From Eubacteriales bacterium (GTDB lineage Bacteria > Bacillota > Clostridia > Oscillospirales > CAG-272): a DNA stretch of 64,000 nt. A program made the translations under genes and the position numbers. Below are positions 62,077-64,000 of this stretch, piece by piece. The DNA lies in contig JAZRXB010000247.1 of NCBI GenBank assembly GCA_045600005.1, forward strand, positions 51,070 to 115,069, written 5' to 3'. The notes under the pieces were generated by a model that was given only the letters and a program-made list of their open reading frames with translations, did no database searches and was not told where the DNA came from. How positions within the stretch are numbered: the first letter of the stretch is position 1; each line of letters begins with the position of its first letter.

Positions 62077-64000
62077 ATGGATTTCATGAAAAAGATCAGA
62101 CCGTGGTTTATGCTGGCGGACGACGCGGCCAAGCACCGCTTCGAGTCCTCGTTCGGCGGGAACCGGTTTGAAAGCCACCTTGCAAACGCTTCCCTGACGG
62201 TCGACACGACCGAATACGACGGTCTGTACGCCGTCAGCGTCTCCGCTTCGGTGAAGGGAAGATTCGCAATCGACACGGCGATCGGGATCGAGCTTCCGCT
62301 CGAAGACGTGACCGGCTGCATGGCGGACTATCAGAGCTGTATGCACTGGTGCAAGCCCGCGTTCTCTGCCGATCCGGCGAAGATCCCGGCGCGCACACAG
62401 GCGCTTCTGTATCAGAAGAAGGACGGACGCTACGGCTTTATCCTGCCCGTGGTCGGCGAGCTTTACAAGGCTCTGCTTCGCGGCGGCGACTATGCGCCCG
62501 AGCTTATCCTGTTCTCGAACGTTTCGACGCTTTCCGAATGTAAGACGCTCGCCTTCGTCTGCGGCGAAAGCGGCGAGCCGTATCGTTTAATGAACGACTG
62601 CGCGCGCCTTGCCATGAAGCTCCTTGACAACGGCGCATCCGTCCGCGAAGAACGCCGCTATCCCGAAATTCTCGAATATCTCGGCTGGTGCTCGTGGGAC
62701 GCGCTCGAGATCCGCGTCAGTACGGCGGGACTTCTCGAAAAGTGCGAGGAGATCAAGGCGAAAAACATTCCCTTCAAGTGGGCGATCATCGACGATATGT
62801 GGGCGGAATGCGACAGGCTGCGCGAGATCCCGGACGACCTCAACCGCGCGACCGGTATGTTCGGCGTCATGCACTCGTCGAAGATCCGCAGCTTTGAAGC
62901 CGACCCGAAGCGCTTCCCCGGCGGTCTGAAGGACTGCCTTGACAAGATGAAGGCATACGGTCTGAAGATCGGAATGTGGCATCCGACCACCGGATACTGG
63001 GCAGGCGTCGACCCCGAATCCGAGCTTGCCGAAAAGTACCGCGATCTGCTGATCGAAACGCCGAACGGCAGACTCATGCCCTCACCCGAAAAGGACAAGG
63101 CGTTCCTCTTTTACAGCGCGTTCCACGATTTCTTAAAATCCTGCGGGACCGACTTCGTGAAGATCGACAATCAGGGCTATCTGCTCGAAAACTACAAGGA
63201 CGTCGTTCCGCTCGGTAAGGCAGCGCGGAACATCCAACGCGCGATCTGCTCGTCCGTGGGCGCTCATTTTGACAACGATATCATCAACTGCATGGGCATG
63301 GCGAGCGAGAATATGTTCAACCGCACGTCCGGCGCGGTCTCCCGCTGCTCCGGCGACTTCCAGCCCGAAAACCGCGAGTGGTTCATCCGCCACATCCTCG
63401 CCTGTTCGTATAACTCCCTGATTCAGGGAATGTTCTACTGGAGCGACTGGGATATGTGGTGGTCGGACGACGAGCAGGCGAAGAAGAACAGCGTTCTGCG
63501 CGCCATTTCCGGCGGACCGATCTACGTCAGCGACAAGATCGGCAGAAGCCGTCCCGAGATCTTCGCGCCGCTCTGCTGGTCCGACGGACGCATCCTGCGC
63601 TGCAAGGACCCGGCTGTCCCGACGAAGGACTGCCTCGTCGAAGACCCCGAGACCTCGAAGAAGGTCTTCAAGGTCTTCAACACCTACGAAAACGGCGGCG
63701 TGATCGCGGCGTTCAACCTCGACAAGGCGGAGAACACGCCGGTCAGCGGCACGATCGGCGCGTCCGACCTCGGCGCGGAGTATGACGAATACGTCGTTTA
63801 CGAGCATTTCTCCGGCAAAGCGGTCGTTCTGAAGAAGGGCGAAGTCCTGTCGCTGACGCTCGAAAACCACGACGATTTCCGTCTCTACACCATCGTTCCG
63901 GTGACGGACGGCATTGCGATGCTCGGCATGATCGACAAATTCAACTCCCCGATGGGCGTCACGGCGCAGTTCGACAACGTGTGGTCGCTTTACGAGGGCG
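62077..64000 (+). CDS. GH36 raffinose-synthase/Sip1-family alpha-galactosidase-like protein; the 3' end runs off the window
   Basis: Absent from the ORF track (no stop in the window). My own translation from the ATG at 62077 gives MDFMKKIRPWFML...YLGWCSWDALE...TDFVKIDNQG...RCSGDFQP...YWSDWDMWWS, which are the family hallmark blocks. Confidence 0.8.
   Translation, partial: MDFMKKIRPWFMLADDAAKHRFESSFGGNRFESHLANASLTVDTTEYDGLYAVSVSASVKGRFAIDTAIGIELPLEDVTGCMADYQSCMHWCKPAFSADPAKIPARTQALLYQKKDGRYGFILPVVGELYKALLRGGDYAPELILFSNVSTLSECKTLAFVCGESGEPYRLMNDCARLAMKLLDNGASVREERRYPEILEYLGWCSWDALEIRVSTAGLLEKCEEIKAKNIPFKWAIIDDMWAECDRLREIPDDLNRATGMFGVMHSSKIRSFEADPKRFPGGLKDCLDKMKAYGLKIGMWHPTTGYWAGVDPESELAEKYRDLLIETPNGRLMPSPEKDKAFLFYSAFHDFLKSCGTDFVKIDNQGYLLENYKDVVPLGKAARNIQRAICSSVGAHFDNDIINCMGMASENMFNRTSGAVSRCSGDFQPENREWFIRHILACSYNSLIQGMFYWSDWDMWWSDDEQAKKNSVLRAISGGPIYVSDKIGRSRPEIFAPLCWSDGRILRCKDPAVPTKDCLVEDPETSKKVFKVFNTYENGGVIAAFNLDKAENTPVSGTIGASDLGAEYDEYVVYEHFSGKAVVLKKGEVLSLTLENHDDFRLYTIVPVTDGIAMLGMIDKFNSPMGVTAQFDNVWSLYEG

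Noticed and set aside
1-64000. A defence island, prophage, toxin-antitoxin pair, tRNA/rRNA genes or a biosynthetic gene cluster.
   Set aside because: I found no integrase, recombinase, restriction, Cas, capsid, PKS or NRPS signatures in any credible ORF. No intergenic stretch has a tRNA-like cloverleaf or rRNA-like sequence.

Overview
This is a 64-kb chromosomal segment. Coding regions look GC-rich and spacers AT-rich by eye (not computed). The source looks like a Gram-positive anaerobe of the Clostridia type, based on T-box leaders, an SLH-domain S-layer gene, glycyl-radical enzymes, NrdR boxes and TTGACA-17-TATAAT/TATACT promoters. I support 45 protein-coding genes; two of them run off the window and are missing from the ORF track (cinA at 1-835, a GH36 gene at 62077-64000). 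I saw no rRNA, tRNA, CRISPR array, transposase, integrase or phage genes.

Housekeeping genes are cinA, glyA, a MinD-like ATPase, mgsA, ackA, hom, nrdD, pheS/pheT, cysE/cysS, a DD-carboxypeptidase and an amino-acid ABC transporter. They are interleaved with cytoplasmic glycan-utilisation genes: two GH29 fucosidases, two GH39-like proteins, one GH43-like protein, one GH36, two uncharacterised GH-like proteins and fucI.

Observations most worth follow-up:
- An unusually short PFL2/eliminase-type glycyl radical enzyme with its activase, apparently co-transcribed with the GH36 gene and preceded by twin orphan solute-binding lipoproteins.
- A composite multi-hairpin repeat family whose terminal 12-bp palindrome lies 31-35 nt upstream of three start codons.
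- Five tandem GTTCAG-N5/6-CTGAAC palindromes sitting between two terminators.
- pheS and pheT separated by a fucosidase, a kinase-like gene and an MBL hydrolase, behind one T-box leader.
- A LacI-controlled divergon resembling a non-phosphorylative (Dahms/Weimberg-type) sugar-acid route, next to an ALDH that lacks its catalytic Cys.
- A DEDDh exonuclease fused to a degenerate phosphoesterase.
- A direct repeat bracketing a CocE/NonD hydrolase gene.

All family assignments come from reading motifs by eye. No database search was possible.
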